A model generated the notes under the pieces. That model searched no databases. It was not told where the DNA came from and saw only the letters and a program-made list of their open reading frames with translations. Both the position numbers and the translations under genes were made by a program. Shown piece by piece: positions 19,423 through 29,743 of a stretch of 64,000 nucleotides of DNA; the first letter of the stretch is position 1, and each line of letters starts with the position of its first letter. Source of the stretch: Polyangiaceae bacterium (lineage in GTDB: Bacteria > Myxococcota_A > Polyangia > Polyangiales > Polyangiaceae); NCBI GenBank assembly GCA_044376115.1, contig JBILLK010000015.1, positions 96,001 through 160,000 of the forward strand, in the 5' to 3' direction.

Positions 19423-20712
19423 TTAGCGCTTGAGGTTGACGACTTCTTGCAACATCTCGTCGGCGGTGGTGATGGTCTTGGAGTTCGCCTGGAAGGCGCG
19501 CTGATGCGAAATCATCGAGACGAACTGACCAGCAATATCGACGTTGGATTGCTCGAGCGCACCGGAGACGACCGCAGCGCGACCACCTTCACCGGCTTTA
19601 CCGATCATTGCTTCGCCGCTCTTACGCGTAGCAATCCAAGAGTTATGGCCGGCTCGACCGAGTCCGTCATTGGTGGCGAACTTGGCGACAGCGAGTTGGG
19701 CGAGAGCCATATCCTCGCCATTCGAGTAGACGCCCATGACTTGGCCGTCGGACTCGATGCGGACACCGGAGAGCGTGCCGCTGGCGTAGCCATCACCCGA
19801 GGCGGAGACCGAACTTGCGCCGGCGGGCTGCGTAATGCCATCTAGACCGGTGCCACCAGCGGCGATGCTTGTACCGAAATCGAGATCGATTGCCTGACTG
19901 GGCGCTGCTCCCGTGAAGCTTGGGGCAATCGGAACACCGACCACCGAGGTATCCAGGGCGCCGTTGGTGTCAAAGGTTAGCGTTCCGCTGCCAATCTCAA
20001 ACGGACCTGGAGTAGGCTGCCCCACTTCTGTTCCCTCAACCGTAACGTTGTAAGTCCATTCGTTCGTAGCGGGAGCAGGAGACTTTGAAAAGTATACCGT
20101 CAAGTCGTGTGTGTTCCCCAGCGAGTCGTAGACCGTCATCGTTTTCGAGAAGTTCGATGTATTGGCCGGATCAGCAACATTGAAGGCACCTGCTGCTGGC
20201 GTAGTCGCATTCGCGTCCAAGGACCCATCCAGCTCGAACGAGGTACTCGCCTTCGGCGGCAATGGCCCCGTCGGGAACTGAATATCGCCTAGCGTGCTGC
20301 CGATGGTCCCATCCGGGTTAACGCCATAACCCTGTACCCGCAGGCCCTGCGGCGAGACGAGGAAGCCGTTGGCGTCGGGCATGAAGTTACCGGCGCGGGT
20401 GAAGAAGTCCCCGGTCACGCCATCCATTGAGCCCTTGACCACGAAGAAGCCTTCACCGGTAAGGGCAACATCGGTGGGCTGACCGGTGTTGATCATCGTG
20501 CCTTGCGAGAAGATCTGCTGGGCGCGATTCATACGTACGCCGCCGCCCACGTTCTGGCCCACGGCACCGCCGAGGACGTCCTCGAACATGGCGCGTGACA
20601 TCTTGAAGCCAAGGGTATTGCTATTAGCAATGTTGTCGCCAACCACGCCCAAGGCCTGGCCCTCTGCGGCAAGACCCGACACACCCGTCCACATCGCTTT
20701 GTAGATCGACAT
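19423..20712 (-). CDS. flgE: Flagellar hook protein FlgE
   Basis: GVSGL...GDNIANSNTLGFK, FTRAGNF, VYDSLG, LEQSNVD...QRAFQANSKTITTADEMLQE. Confidence 0.96.
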   Translation of the reverse strand: MSIYKAMWTGVSGLAAEGQALGVVGDNIANSNTLGFKMSRAMFEDVLGGAVGQNVGGGVRMNRAQQIFSQGTMINTGQPTDVALTGEGFFVVKGSMDGVTGDFFTRAGNFMPDANGFLVSPQGLRVQGYGVNPDGTIGSTLGDIQFPTGPLPPKASTSFELDGSLDANATTPAAGAFNVADPANTSNFSKTMTVYDSLGNTHDLTVYFSKSPAPATNEWTYNVTVEGTEVGQPTPGPFEIGSGTLTFDTNGALDTSVVGVPIAPSFTGAAPSQAIDLDFGTSIAAGGTGLDGITQPAGASSVSASGDGYASGTLSGVRIESDGQVMGVYSNGEDMALAQLAVAKFATNDGLGRAGHNSWIATRKSGEAMIGKAGEGGRAAVVSGALEQSNVDIAGQFVSMISHQRAFQANSKTITTADEMLQEVVNLKR

Positions 20713-20778
20713 TCAAACTCCTTCGTTGTTGCGCACGTGGCGCGAGAGCTGCCCCAGGGAGGTTTTACGCCCCAGGAC

Positions 20779-21588
20779 TCACGAGCCCGGCGGGCTCAAT
20801 AGATCTTTGATTTGTTGCAATACCGAACTGGAAAGGGCGGGATTGCTGGCGAGATTGGAGGCAGAGCCTGCTGCGCTGCCAGAGCCCGAGCCGGAACCCG
20901 AACCAATTGGCGTTCCTCCCGGCACCGTACCGCCGACACTGATGAGGTCGCTGACGGCAACGGTCATGCCATTATCGAGTACGAGCTCGGGATAACCCTT
21001 CTCGAAGGTTACCTTGGTAACCATGGCGGTCACCTCGCGATTGACAGCAACGTCTTTGCCGTCTGCGCCAGTCACCGAGATGCTGTATTCACCGGCTTCG
21101 GCTGCAGCTCCGCCTTTGACCTTACCGTCCCAGAAGTTGGCCGGCAGCGGACCGGGCTCGAGATGATCGTAGGTCTTGGTCGAGACCACCTCACCGTTCT
21201 CATCGCGCACCGTCACGGTCACGTCATCGGTGGCTTTGGTGAGCTCGGTAGTGGAGCCTTCAATGTTGGTGCCGTCGAAGGCGACCTTGTCATCTCCCTT
21301 CACGGTGACCGTCTTGCCGACGAGTCCTGCGGCCTCGTTGCTGGCGAGACCGCGCAGCTGAAGGCTGATCAGGTCCAGCTTGGAAGACTGGGTGATCTGC
21401 TGCTCCACCGAGGAGAACTGGGCGAGCTGCGTAACGAACTCGGTGCCCTCCATCGGCTTGAGCGGGTCTTGGTGACTTAGCTGTGCCACCAGTAGTTTGA
21501 GGAACGCTTCTTTATCGAGCGTGCCTTGGCTTTGGCTGACCAGCGACGTTGCGTCGGTGGAGGAACCATCAACAGCGTTAATGGGCAT
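20779..21588 (-). CDS. flgD: Hook cap protein FlgD
   Basis: FLKLLVAQLSHQDPLKPM...FVTQLAQFSSVEQ; Gly/Ser-rich C-terminal extension. Confidence 0.95.
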   Translation of the reverse strand: MPINAVDGSSTDATSLVSQSQGTLDKEAFLKLLVAQLSHQDPLKPMEGTEFVTQLAQFSSVEQQITQSSKLDLISLQLRGLASNEAAGLVGKTVTVKGDDKVAFDGTNIEGSTTELTKATDDVTVTVRDENGEVVSTKTYDHLEPGPLPANFWDGKVKGGAAAEAGEYSISVTGADGKDVAVNREVTAMVTKVTFEKGYPELVLDNGMTVAVSDLISVGGTVPGGTPIGSGSGSGSGSAAGSASNLASNPALSSSVLQQIKDLLSPPGS

Positions 21589-21596
21589 ACTCGAAC

Positions 21597-23477
21597 CTAA
21601 AGCACGACCCGTACCCGACTCGAGGCGGCGGGGGCGGAAGCAGCAACGGGGGCGGAAGGGCCATCAAAACGAGCCTCATCACCGTGACGTGAAGGAGCCT
21701 CTTGCCGCGATTGACGGCTGTCGTTCATCGAGCCGGAAAAGGCTTGATATCCGACAGAAACCTTACCGACGTTGGCGTTGTCGAGCTCGTGGATCAGGTC
21801 GGTTCGGACCAACGAGAGCAGCTCCACCGCCTCACGATTATCTAGCCGCACGTCCAAATCGAGCTTTGCGCCTTCACGAACCGCCGACACTTTGACGCGC
21901 TCACCGTCTTGCAGCGTGGCGTGGGCCACCATCCCACGGGATAGCGTCATCGCGTCGACGCCAGCGTCGGCATCTCGTTGACGGACCTCGCGAGCGTCCT
22001 GGCTGACGGCTCCCTTGGCGTCCTCAACCAAGCGCAGCACCGCCTCGCGCAGCGGGCCTTCGTTGGTCGGCGTCAAAAAGACCTGCTCGGGCAGCAGCGG
22101 CGCGGGTACCTCGTTGATAGCGGAGAGTGCCTTCGGCTGCTCTGAGCGTTCGGCGCTTACGGCGGCTTCAACAGCGACGCGCACCTCGGAGAAATCGTTG
22201 GAGGGCGGGCCCTCCGCTGGTTCCTCAGCGGGAGACAAGCGCTGCGCGCTACGCACGCCGCTCACCGACGTCGATGAATCGGCGCGACGCATCGCCTCAT
22301 CGACGTCGGCGCGCATCACCGGGTGAGCTGCGTCCATCGTTCGGGGCGTGGCCGAAAGCGGGACCGCCTCGATCATCATGCTGCCAACTCCAATCGGCAA
22401 CGTGAAGGGTCGCGGCTCGCTCGACCCACGAACCCGAAGACCGCTGGTGGGTCGGGAGGTCACCGCTGTCTCGGGGCGCACCGTCGTGCGCAGCAGCGTT
22501 GACTCCGCCGCACCTTGGAGCTGGGCCGCTTGTAGCTGCGACTGCGGCACGCTGCTTCCGGCGCTCAGCCCCCGCGCTGTATCTCGGGTCGGTCGCGCCT
22601 GACCCCACGGCAACGTTGGGTGCCGCTTTTCTGAGCGCGTCGTGCTTGCAGAAGGCGCCGTCGCTATCGGAGCGCTGACGTTGCTCAACGTGGCCACGCC
22701 AACGCCGAGCGACTCAGCCGTTTGCGCCATCGACTCAGCCGTTTGCGCCAAGCGATCGACGTCGGGCGTCGATTCGCTGGCACGGACCACGCGAGCAGTT
22801 CCCTCGGGCCAGGTGCGGTTCCCCACCCGCGCGCCCTCGCGTTGCGTGGTCGGGATCGCTTCACTGCTCGGTTCGGACGAAGGCCGCGCTCGTACAGCGT
22901 CGCTTTGTCGCAAAGGCGGGATGGCGGCAGACGGGCGCAACGCCGAAGTGAGCTTGCTACTGACGCGGTTGGCCTCGAGGTCCGCGCCGGGTTGAACGGT
23001 GGGTACGCCGGGCATGAGCACCGCCGGCAACGCGCTCCAGCGGTCCTCACTGGCGCTGGTCGCGGACGTGGGATTGAGGTCGAGCTCAGATAACGGTGCT
23101 GCGCCAGCCGAGCCCGCTAATTGACTATCGCTTAGCGGGGTATCGCTGATGCTTTGGTTCGCCGTTTTACTAACTCTTTCGTTCCACAGGCGAGCTTCAA
23201 CCAGGAAGGGAGCGGCGGACATCGACATCGCCACGCCATACATTTCTTCGTCTTCGCTCGGCAGCTCGGAGTCGAGTGCCAGGGCGGGAGTACTATCCTC
23301 CGCCGGCATTGCGATAGCGGGGTCACTAGCAGGCTCGCCTTTCATCCAGCCGTTGCAGAGAAAGTCCACCAGCGTCGATTCGAATACCAGCTGGGACTCA
23401 GCGCTGGGGGCGCGAAGGGGTGCGGGCTCTGCAGCCGACTGTTGCGAGGGCCATTGAACGAGGGAGGGAATGCTCAT
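21597..23477 (-). CDS. fliK: FliK-like hook-length control protein (626 aa)
   Basis: Ala/Ser/Pro/Thr-rich disordered body; C-terminal ERVKVSAVREGAKLDLDVRLDNREAVELL...DLIHEL resembles the FliK C-domain; canonical position between fliJ and flgD; ATG overlaps the fliJ stop (ATGA). Confidence 0.65.
   Translation of the reverse strand: MSIPSLVQWPSQQSAAEPAPLRAPSAESQLVFESTLVDFLCNGWMKGEPASDPAIAMPAEDSTPALALDSELPSEDEEMYGVAMSMSAAPFLVEARLWNERVSKTANQSISDTPLSDSQLAGSAGAAPLSELDLNPTSATSASEDRWSALPAVLMPGVPTVQPGADLEANRVSSKLTSALRPSAAIPPLRQSDAVRARPSSEPSSEAIPTTQREGARVGNRTWPEGTARVVRASESTPDVDRLAQTAESMAQTAESLGVGVATLSNVSAPIATAPSASTTRSEKRHPTLPWGQARPTRDTARGLSAGSSVPQSQLQAAQLQGAAESTLLRTTVRPETAVTSRPTSGLRVRGSSEPRPFTLPIGVGSMMIEAVPLSATPRTMDAAHPVMRADVDEAMRRADSSTSVSGVRSAQRLSPAEEPAEGPPSNDFSEVRVAVEAAVSAERSEQPKALSAINEVPAPLLPEQVFLTPTNEGPLREAVLRLVEDAKGAVSQDAREVRQRDADAGVDAMTLSRGMVAHATLQDGERVKVSAVREGAKLDLDVRLDNREAVELLSLVRTDLIHELDNANVGKVSVGYQAFSGSMNDSRQSRQEAPSRHGDEARFDGPSAPVAASAPAASSRVRVVL
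22710..22750. repeat. In-frame 21-bp-period duplication within fliK (AQTAES x2)
   Basis: cgactcagccgtttgcgcca at 22710-22729 and 22731-22750. Confidence 0.8.
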
Positions 23478-23905
23478 GCGGGCTTCTTTCTGCGTGACGA
23501 GAGTTCGTCTGTACGTATGCGCTCGAGTCTCGACTCGAAGGCCTGCCACTCGATCAGAGCGGCGTCGTTCATCGACTCGGCCTGCCGTACCTTGAGCGCC
23601 ATGGTTTGACTTGCGCGTGCGTGCTCGTTTCTTCTCGAGCTCGCTTGAACTTCAGAGTGGCTGGCCTCCTTCAAGCGCCGTGCCTCCCAGGCAACGCGAG
23701 CCCGCGACTCCATCAGGTCCTCCACCGAGAAGTCGCCTTTGACCGACGCGTCGTCGGCCACCTCCTCCAGGCGGTCTTGGGCCTGCCTTGTGATGGCCTC
23801 AGCCTCTCGCAGCGCCTCTTCACTCTTGGCCAGCTTCATCTGAGCGGCCGTGTGTTGCATTGAACGAATGCGCAAAATGCGACCGAAGCGGGCGTTCCCT
23901 TCCAC
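23474..23905 (-). CDS. fliJ: FliJ-like export ATPase stalk protein
   Basis: 143-aa coiled-coil, begins RFGRILRIR and ends E...DE; directly after fliI. Confidence 0.75.
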   Translation of the reverse strand: MEGNARFGRILRIRSMQHTAAQMKLAKSEEALREAEAITRQAQDRLEEVADDASVKGDFSVEDLMESRARVAWEARRLKEASHSEVQASSRRNEHARASQTMALKVRQAESMNDAALIEWQAFESRLERIRTDELSSRRKKPA

Positions 23906-25209
23906 TACGTCCTCAATGTGGCGGCGAGAGCTGCGAGAGCCTCGGCTTTGCCCGTTCTCTCGGTGAGACCTTGCCGACTGAAGGTCTCAATCTTGGGTAC
24001 GAGTTTTTGCGCGACGTCGATCCTGGGGTCGGCGCCATGCACATAAGCGCCGATCTTGATCAGGTCGGCGGCATCACGGTACGTGCCGAGATGACCGCGC
24101 GCTTCGATCGCTAGCTTGCGATGCTGCTCGGTCGTAACGTCGTCAAACACACGCGAGATGCTCTTGAGGACGTCGATCGCCGGGAATTGACCGCGCTCGG
24201 CGAGCGTGCGCGATAACACGATATGACCGTCAAGAATGCCGCGCACGGCGTCAGCGATCGGGTCATTGAGATCGTCGCCTTCGACCAGCACAGTGTAGAC
24301 GGCTGTGATCGATCCTTCTTTGTCGGTGGTCCCAGCGCGTTCGAGCAGCGTGGGAAGGGCGGCAAAGACGCTCGGTGTGTAGCCTTTGGTGACAGGCGGT
24401 TCACCAGCCGCGAGCGACGCTTCACGGAGCGCCATCGCGTAGCGTGTGACCGAGTCCATCACGAGCAGGACGTTCTTTCCTTGGTCGCGGAAGTGCTCGG
24501 CGATCGCGGTGGCTGCCAGCGCGCCTTGCACGCGGACGAGGGGAGCGGCGTCGCTGGTTGCAGCGACGACCACGCTGCGCTTGAGGCCCTCGCCGAGCGC
24601 CTTCTGCACGAAGTCACCGACTTCGCGACCGCGCTCGCCGACCAGACCGACCACGACCACGTCGGCTTTGGCGTTGCGGCACAACATCGCGAGCAACGTG
24701 CTCTTACCGACGCCAGTGCCTGCAAAGAGGCCGATGCGTTGGCCCTTACCGAGCGGTAGCAGAGCATCGAGGGTGCGAATGCCTGTCTCGAACGGAACCT
24801 CGATCGGACGACGGCCGAAGGAGGGAGGCGGCTCGCGCGTGAGCGCAGCGCGCGTCGAGCAGGCGGGAGGCGGCTTGTCGTCGAGAGGCGCACCAAAGGC
24901 GTCGATCACGCGGCCGAGCAGCGCATCCCCGGCGGGAACGGTCGGACCAAAGGCATGCCAGCGAACCGGCGCACCTGGTTCAACGCCCGCGGATTTCCCC
25001 AACGGAGCGCACAGCAGCCGACCGTTCTTGAAGCCGAGGACCTGAACGATCAATGGCCCATGCGCCATCCGAATGACCAGGCGATCTCCTGTGGCGGCGG
25101 TAAGCCCTGCCACCTCGATCAGCAGCCCAACGACGTCATGAACTTGGCCGACGGGCGAGGGCCCGCGACTTTCACGGACCCGATCGACGTAGCCGCCAAG
25201 ATCGATCAC
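23905..25209 (-). CDS. fliI: Flagellar export ATPase FliI
   Basis: GQRIGLFAGTGVGKS, GERGREV, MDSVTRYAMA, LERAG, DGHIVLSR. Confidence 0.96.
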   Translation of the reverse strand: MIDLGGYVDRVRESRGPSPVGQVHDVVGLLIEVAGLTAATGDRLVIRMAHGPLIVQVLGFKNGRLLCAPLGKSAGVEPGAPVRWHAFGPTVPAGDALLGRVIDAFGAPLDDKPPPACSTRAALTREPPPSFGRRPIEVPFETGIRTLDALLPLGKGQRIGLFAGTGVGKSTLLAMLCRNAKADVVVVGLVGERGREVGDFVQKALGEGLKRSVVVAATSDAAPLVRVQGALAATAIAEHFRDQGKNVLLVMDSVTRYAMALREASLAAGEPPVTKGYTPSVFAALPTLLERAGTTDKEGSITAVYTVLVEGDDLNDPIADAVRGILDGHIVLSRTLAERGQFPAIDVLKSISRVFDDVTTEQHRKLAIEARGHLGTYRDAADLIKIGAYVHGADPRIDVAQKLVPKIETFSRQGLTERTGKAEALAALAATLRT

Positions 25210-25922
25210 GGGTGCACGGCTCCCAGCGCCTCTGCAGCGGCGCTGATGCGCGAGGTAACGCTCATATCCACCCTGCCGTAGCGAGCGCGGATTTCACATG
25301 CGAAGCCATCGAGCCGTTGGTCCACGATGACCTCGGGCACGTTGCTCATCCCGGATTTCCAGCGGTCGCTGCTCATCAGCACTTCAGCGACGCGCGATGA
25401 GACGATGCAGGCGGCGTCATCGAGCGCGCCGAGCGCTTCAATGCCCTCTCGAGCCCAGTGTCCGATCACGGCGGGGTCCATATGGAGCTCGCGCCCAACG
25501 ACCTTCTCAGCGATCGCCACCGCGAGCTTGACCAGCTCGGTCTCTGAGTTCTCCAAGAGCTCGCGCCGTGAATCGAGCAACGACTGGCGCATCGAATCGA
25601 GCGCTTCCTGAAGTTCACCCGCGAGTTCACGCTGACCGTTCGCGCTGCGCGCCAGGTCCCTGAACTCACCCGGCATCGAAGGAGGAGGCGGCATTCGATC
25701 GCTGCCCTCGTCCCCGGTCGGCAAGACCGAGATCCGAGGTCGAGCACTTCGCGCAACGGCCTCGTAAGCCTTTGGGTCGTTGATCGAGCCGCGGTCGCGA
25801 GAAGGAGCAGCCCAACTCGTAAGCGAGGGCTCCTGCGGGCGGGGAGGCGCCATCCATGAGGGCAGCGGACCTTCCGAAGCTCGACCAGTTCCCATCCATG
25901 ACGCAGCGGTGCTTGTTCGCAT
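25206..25922 (-). CDS. fliH: Flagellar export regulator FliH
   Basis: ELVKLAVAIAEKVVGREL...CEIRARYGRVD; between fliG and fliI. Confidence 0.85.
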   Translation of the reverse strand: MRTSTAASWMGTGRASEGPLPSWMAPPRPQEPSLTSWAAPSRDRGSINDPKAYEAVARSARPRISVLPTGDEGSDRMPPPPSMPGEFRDLARSANGQRELAGELQEALDSMRQSLLDSRRELLENSETELVKLAVAIAEKVVGRELHMDPAVIGHWAREGIEALGALDDAACIVSSRVAEVLMSSDRWKSGMSNVPEVIVDQRLDGFACEIRARYGRVDMSVTSRISAAAEALGAVHP

Positions 25923-25925
25923 ACT

Positions 25926-26912
25926 TCAACCTCTTCCCAGGTCCAGAACGCCCTCGGCTTCGAGTCGGAGCGCCGTCTCGATCACCTCTGTTCGAGCGGC
26001 GTCCACATCGGCTTTGCGCGGATTCGATAGCAGCTCGAGTTCGTCTCGAATGACCTCTGCAGCGCGCGATGAAAGACCCGCGAAGACGGATGCCATGACG
26101 TCGTCTGCAGCTCCCTTGAGGGCGAGCGTGAGCTTGTCGGTCGGGATCTCCCGCAGCAGCGTCCGCATCGACTTGGAGTCGAGGCGAATGAGGTCGCCGA
26201 AGGTGAACATCGCCAGACGCAGGTCGCGCGATAGATCGGGTTGCTCCAGCTCGATCGTGGACAGAACCCCGACCGCGATCTCCTTCGGTGCTGCGTTCAG
26301 AATGGCAGCAGCACGAGCCATGCCATCGACACTGAGCGTCGTGACGCCTTCTCCACTGGGCAACTCGGCAGCAAGGGCGCTGGCTACTTCTTCGAGCGTG
26401 CCAGCAGGCAGCTCAGTCAGTTTCGTGACGCGGGTCATGACGAGGGCCTGACGCTCGGCGGGCATCGCCCCGAGCACCAGCGAGGCAGCGGTGGGCTCGA
26501 GGCGAGCAAGAACGGCGGCAGCGAGCTGGGGCGGCTCTTTCGAGAGGAGCGATGCAATGGTGTCCGGTTCGGCGGCCTCCAGGCGACTCAAGGGACTGGA
26601 GACGCCCTCCTCGAACACGTTGCGAGCCCGCTCTTCCCCCAGCGCTCGCACGGTGAGGCGGCGAAGATAGGGCAGGCCCCCGCGTGGAACCGCAACGGCC
26701 TTGGAGGTTCGCTCGACGAAGTCCCGATAGGTCATATCGAGTGCATCCGATTTCACCTCGCGCATCGTGGCAGCTACCAGGCGGAGCTTCTTCAGCTCCT
26801 CCTCGGAAAGTTCGGCGACGATGGGGCCAGCCAGCTTCTCCTCCAGCGAGAGGATGAAGACGACAGCCTTCTCCGGTCCAGTCAGCATGTTAGGTGAAGC
26901 AGCAACGACCAT
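25926..26912 (-). CDS. fliG: Rotor protein FliG
   Basis: LTGPEKAVVFILSL, EPPQLAA, MFTFGDL, SSRAAEVIRDELE (torque-helix charges kept). ATG at 26912 with GAGGA RBS. Confidence 0.95.
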   Translation of the reverse strand: MVVAASPNMLTGPEKAVVFILSLEEKLAGPIVAELSEEELKKLRLVAATMREVKSDALDMTYRDFVERTSKAVAVPRGGLPYLRRLTVRALGEERARNVFEEGVSSPLSRLEAAEPDTIASLLSKEPPQLAAAVLARLEPTAASLVLGAMPAERQALVMTRVTKLTELPAGTLEEVASALAAELPSGEGVTTLSVDGMARAAAILNAAPKEIAVGVLSTIELEQPDLSRDLRLAMFTFGDLIRLDSKSMRTLLREIPTDKLTLALKGAADDVMASVFAGLSSRAAEVIRDELELLSNPRKADVDAARTEVIETALRLEAEGVLDLGRG

Positions 26913-26922
26913 GCCCGTGTCC

Positions 26923-28569
26923 TCATGCGGCGCGCGAGGCGCCTTCTTCTGCACTACTGCCGGCAGTGCCAAGCCAATGACGCACGACCAACGCTGCCGT
27001 GGCGGGGTCCTCCTCCGCTCGACGCAGAGCCTCTTCACGAGCGTTCAGCAGAATGGGGGCTTCGGCCGTGAGTTGGTTCGTCGGCTTCACCTCACCCGAG
27101 GGCAGAAGCTCGACCGCAGTGATCGTGGTCTTGCGTTTCCCCCCCTTGGTGATGAGCGTCGCGACGATCAACGCCAAGAAGACAAGGCCAGCTGCTGCGT
27201 ACGGTAGGTACGGCTTGAACTTATCGATGGCGGTAGGTACTGGCGGCCCCAACAGCGCCGGGTCGATATTCACGGCAGTTGCCGCGGCAAACGACATCGA
27301 TCGCAGGGTGACAACGTCTTGACGCGAGTCATCAGCGCCAACTGCGCCACGCACCAGGGCCTCGAGCTGCTCGAGCTCAGCCTTCTCGCGAACCGCGGTC
27401 GTGACAGTGCCTGCCTCGTCGGTGGTGGAGATACCGTCAACAACCACGGCCACAGTCAACCGTTTGATGACACCCATCTGCCGGATGCGCTTCTCGGTAA
27501 CGCGATCGACCTCGAAGTTTCGCGTATGCTGATGGCGAACCACACCTGGAGCGGTAGGCGCATCCAGCGCCTCTTCAGGGGCGGAACCAGTAGGCAGGTT
27601 GCTCTCCGCGCCTGGAACACCAGCCACGGTTTGTTCGGGACTCCCCGTTTTCTCGACCGTCAGCTCCTCGCTGCGCAAGATCGCGTCGCGTGGTTTGAAG
27701 CGGTCTTCGGTCTGTTCGACTCGCGAGAAGTCCATATCAGCCGAAACCCGCACATCCACGTGACCGGAGCCCACGACCCGTTCGAGAATCGTGCGCGCGC
27801 GCTCCTCGAGGGAGGTCTCGAGCGACCTCACTTCAGCGAGCTGATCATCGGCCAACCCCGAATCGGTGCCTTCTTGATTTGCCTTGGGGCGCTTGAGCAG
27901 CGCTCCATCGGTGGTCGCGAGCGTCACCCGGTCCTGATTGAGTCCGGGCACCGCGGAGGACACCAAGTGGACGATCGCGCCAATTTCGGAGGCGCCGAGC
28001 TCGCGCCCAGCGCGTAGCTTCACCACGACGGAGGCCGAGGCGGGCTCGCGTCGATTGGCGAACACGCTGCGCTCCGGGAGAACGAGGTGAACCCGCGCCG
28101 ATTCAACGGCTTGAACGCTGCTGATGGTGCGCGCAAGCTCGCCCTCGAGCGCCCTGCGGAACATGACCTTCTGCTCAAACTCGGTCGCGCCGAGACGCAT
28201 CTTGTCGAAGTTCTCGAAGCCAACACCGCCGCCGCGCGGCAAGCCTGCTCCAGCCATCTCGAGCCGCAGTTCGTGCACACGCTCCTCTGGCACTTCGATC
28301 CGGCCACCATCAACGACCCGATGGGGGATCTTCTGCTCCTTGAGCTTGGCCACTACCGCGGCGGCATCGTCTTCGGGCAACGAGGCGAACAGCACCACGT
28401 AGGGCTCGCTCACCGAGCGAATACCAATGAAGGCTGCACCCGCTCCCGCGCAGAGCACGGTGGTGACGATCAGGATTCGCAGCGGTCGACTAATGCCGCG
28501 CCAGGTTTGCCCTACGACCCCAAAGGAGCCAGCATCGGCGTTACGCTTGTCATTCGAGGAATCAGACAT
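26923..28569 (-). CDS. fliF: MS-ring protein FliF
   Basis: Two TMs; GVGFENFDK..GATEFEQ, RALEGELARTI, ARVHLVLP, GVPGAESN. Confidence 0.96.
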   Translation of the reverse strand: MSDSSNDKRNADAGSFGVVGQTWRGISRPLRILIVTTVLCAGAGAAFIGIRSVSEPYVVLFASLPEDDAAAVVAKLKEQKIPHRVVDGGRIEVPEERVHELRLEMAGAGLPRGGGVGFENFDKMRLGATEFEQKVMFRRALEGELARTISSVQAVESARVHLVLPERSVFANRREPASASVVVKLRAGRELGASEIGAIVHLVSSAVPGLNQDRVTLATTDGALLKRPKANQEGTDSGLADDQLAEVRSLETSLEERARTILERVVGSGHVDVRVSADMDFSRVEQTEDRFKPRDAILRSEELTVEKTGSPEQTVAGVPGAESNLPTGSAPEEALDAPTAPGVVRHQHTRNFEVDRVTEKRIRQMGVIKRLTVAVVVDGISTTDEAGTVTTAVREKAELEQLEALVRGAVGADDSRQDVVTLRSMSFAAATAVNIDPALLGPPVPTAIDKFKPYLPYAAAGLVFLALIVATLITKGGKRKTTITAVELLPSGEVKPTNQLTAEAPILLNAREEALRRAEEDPATAALVVRHWLGTAGSSAEEGASRAA

Positions 28570-28882
28570 TGGTTCGCCAGATCTCCTGGAAAGCCTCGAT
28601 CAATTTGTTGCGGACGCTACCGACCAACTTGAGCGATATCTCCGCCTCCTTCACTGCGATCATCGTTCCATGCAGGTCGTCGAGGGTGCCTCGCGCAACG
28701 GCCTCCGACTGCTCAGCCGCCGCGTGCATCTGAGCCGAGGTCTCGGTCAACATGCCGCCGAGGACCGACTCGAATGAAGCTGCGCCAGACTCGGCTAGCG
28801 GGCTGCTCTCCGTCGGCAACAGGTTGCTGACGGCGCTGGAAGCTTCGGTCTGAGAGATCTGGGTAATGCCTCGAACAATCAT
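28562..28882 (-). CDS. fliE: FliE
   Basis: DLHGTMIA..EAEISL...VRNKLIEAFQEIWRTNV; ATG 1 nt after the flgC stop. Confidence 0.92.
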   Translation of the reverse strand: MIVRGITQISQTEASSAVSNLLPTESSPLAESGAASFESVLGGMLTETSAQMHAAAEQSEAVARGTLDDLHGTMIAVKEAEISLKLVGSVRNKLIEAFQEIWRTNV

Positions 28883-28883
28883 G

Positions 28884-29330
28884 TCACTGTCCAATCTTGA
28901 GCGCTGAACGCGCCATGCCCTTGAGTGATTCGATGGTGGCGACGCCAGCTTCGTAGGCCCGGCTGGCAGTCATCAGGTTGACCATCTCTGTCACTACGTT
29001 GACGTTGGGGTACTCGACGTAGCCGTCCGCATTTGCGTCCGGATGGTCGGGATCGAAGAGCAGTTGGCCCGGGTTCGTGTCCTCACGAATCTCGGACATC
29101 TCCACGCGCATGACGCTTCGCATGATTGCGTCGGTGGCGTTCGGCTTGAGCGGCTTTGCTTCAAACACTGGGTCTATGCGCTTGTACGGTGCGCCGTCCG
29201 CACCGCGTGTCGTGCGCGCATTCGCCAGGTTGGACGCAATGATGTTCATACGGTCGCGCTCGGCCGTCAGGCCAGAGGCCGCGACCTCGAGCGCACTCAT
29301 CACACCAGGAAGCTTCGTGATCGTGCTCAT
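28884..29330 (-). CDS. flgC: Proximal rod protein FlgC
   Basis: ASGLTAERDRMNIIASNLANA, DPDHPDANADGYVEYPNVNVVTEM...ASRAYEA. Confidence 0.96.
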   Translation of the reverse strand: MSTITKLPGVMSALEVAASGLTAERDRMNIIASNLANARTTRGADGAPYKRIDPVFEAKPLKPNATDAIMRSVMRVEMSEIREDTNPGQLLFDPDHPDANADGYVEYPNVNVVTEMVNLMTASRAYEAGVATIESLKGMARSALKIGQ

Positions 29331-29716
29331 ACGCCCTTCGCATCTCCAGCAACGTAGGAAAGCAAGCCGAGTTCGGCGGCTACGAGCGTGCTGATTGTCT
29401 CGTAGCGCACATGGTTGGCTGTGATCTTCACGGCCTCCTGGTCGAGGTTGACCGCGTTTCCGTCGGCGTCAGCCGGCAGCGTTTCATCCACTACAGTGCG
29501 TGTCTGCAGGCCGTTCTGTGAGTTCGGCATGTGGCGCGCATCGGTCGAGGACATGGCCACCTCGAGCGCCGAGTCGAAGCGGTCGAGTCGCTCGATGTCA
29601 CGCGAGCGATATTGGGGCGTATCGACGTTCGCCAGGTTTGCAGAGAGCACACCATGACGCGCGAGGTGATAGTCCAACCCAAGTTCGAGACGGTCGACAA
29701 GTCCGAGCAGCTTCAT
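29327..29716 (-). CDS. flgB: Proximal rod protein FlgB
   Basis: RHGVLSANLANVDTPQYRSRDI, DGNAVNLDQE. Confidence 0.94.
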   Translation of the reverse strand: MKLLGLVDRLELGLDYHLARHGVLSANLANVDTPQYRSRDIERLDRFDSALEVAMSSTDARHMPNSQNGLQTRTVVDETLPADADGNAVNLDQEAVKITANHVRYETISTLVAAELGLLSYVAGDAKGV

Positions 29717-29727
29717 GCCCCGCCTTC

Positions 29728-29743
29728 AGCAAGGCGTATGCCT
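29728..29743 (-). promoter_or_regulatory. sigma54 promoter of the flgB-fliR operon
   Basis: Minus strand AGGCATACGCCTTGCT (GG-N10-GC); 12 nt from GC to the flgB ATG. Confidence 0.75.

Noticed and set aside
14973..29716. Non-flagellar T3SS (injectisome) interpretation
   Set aside because: Rod (FlgB/C/G), hook (FlgE/D), P/L rings, FliG/M/L and MotAB are flagellum-specific; no secretin or needle genes are present.
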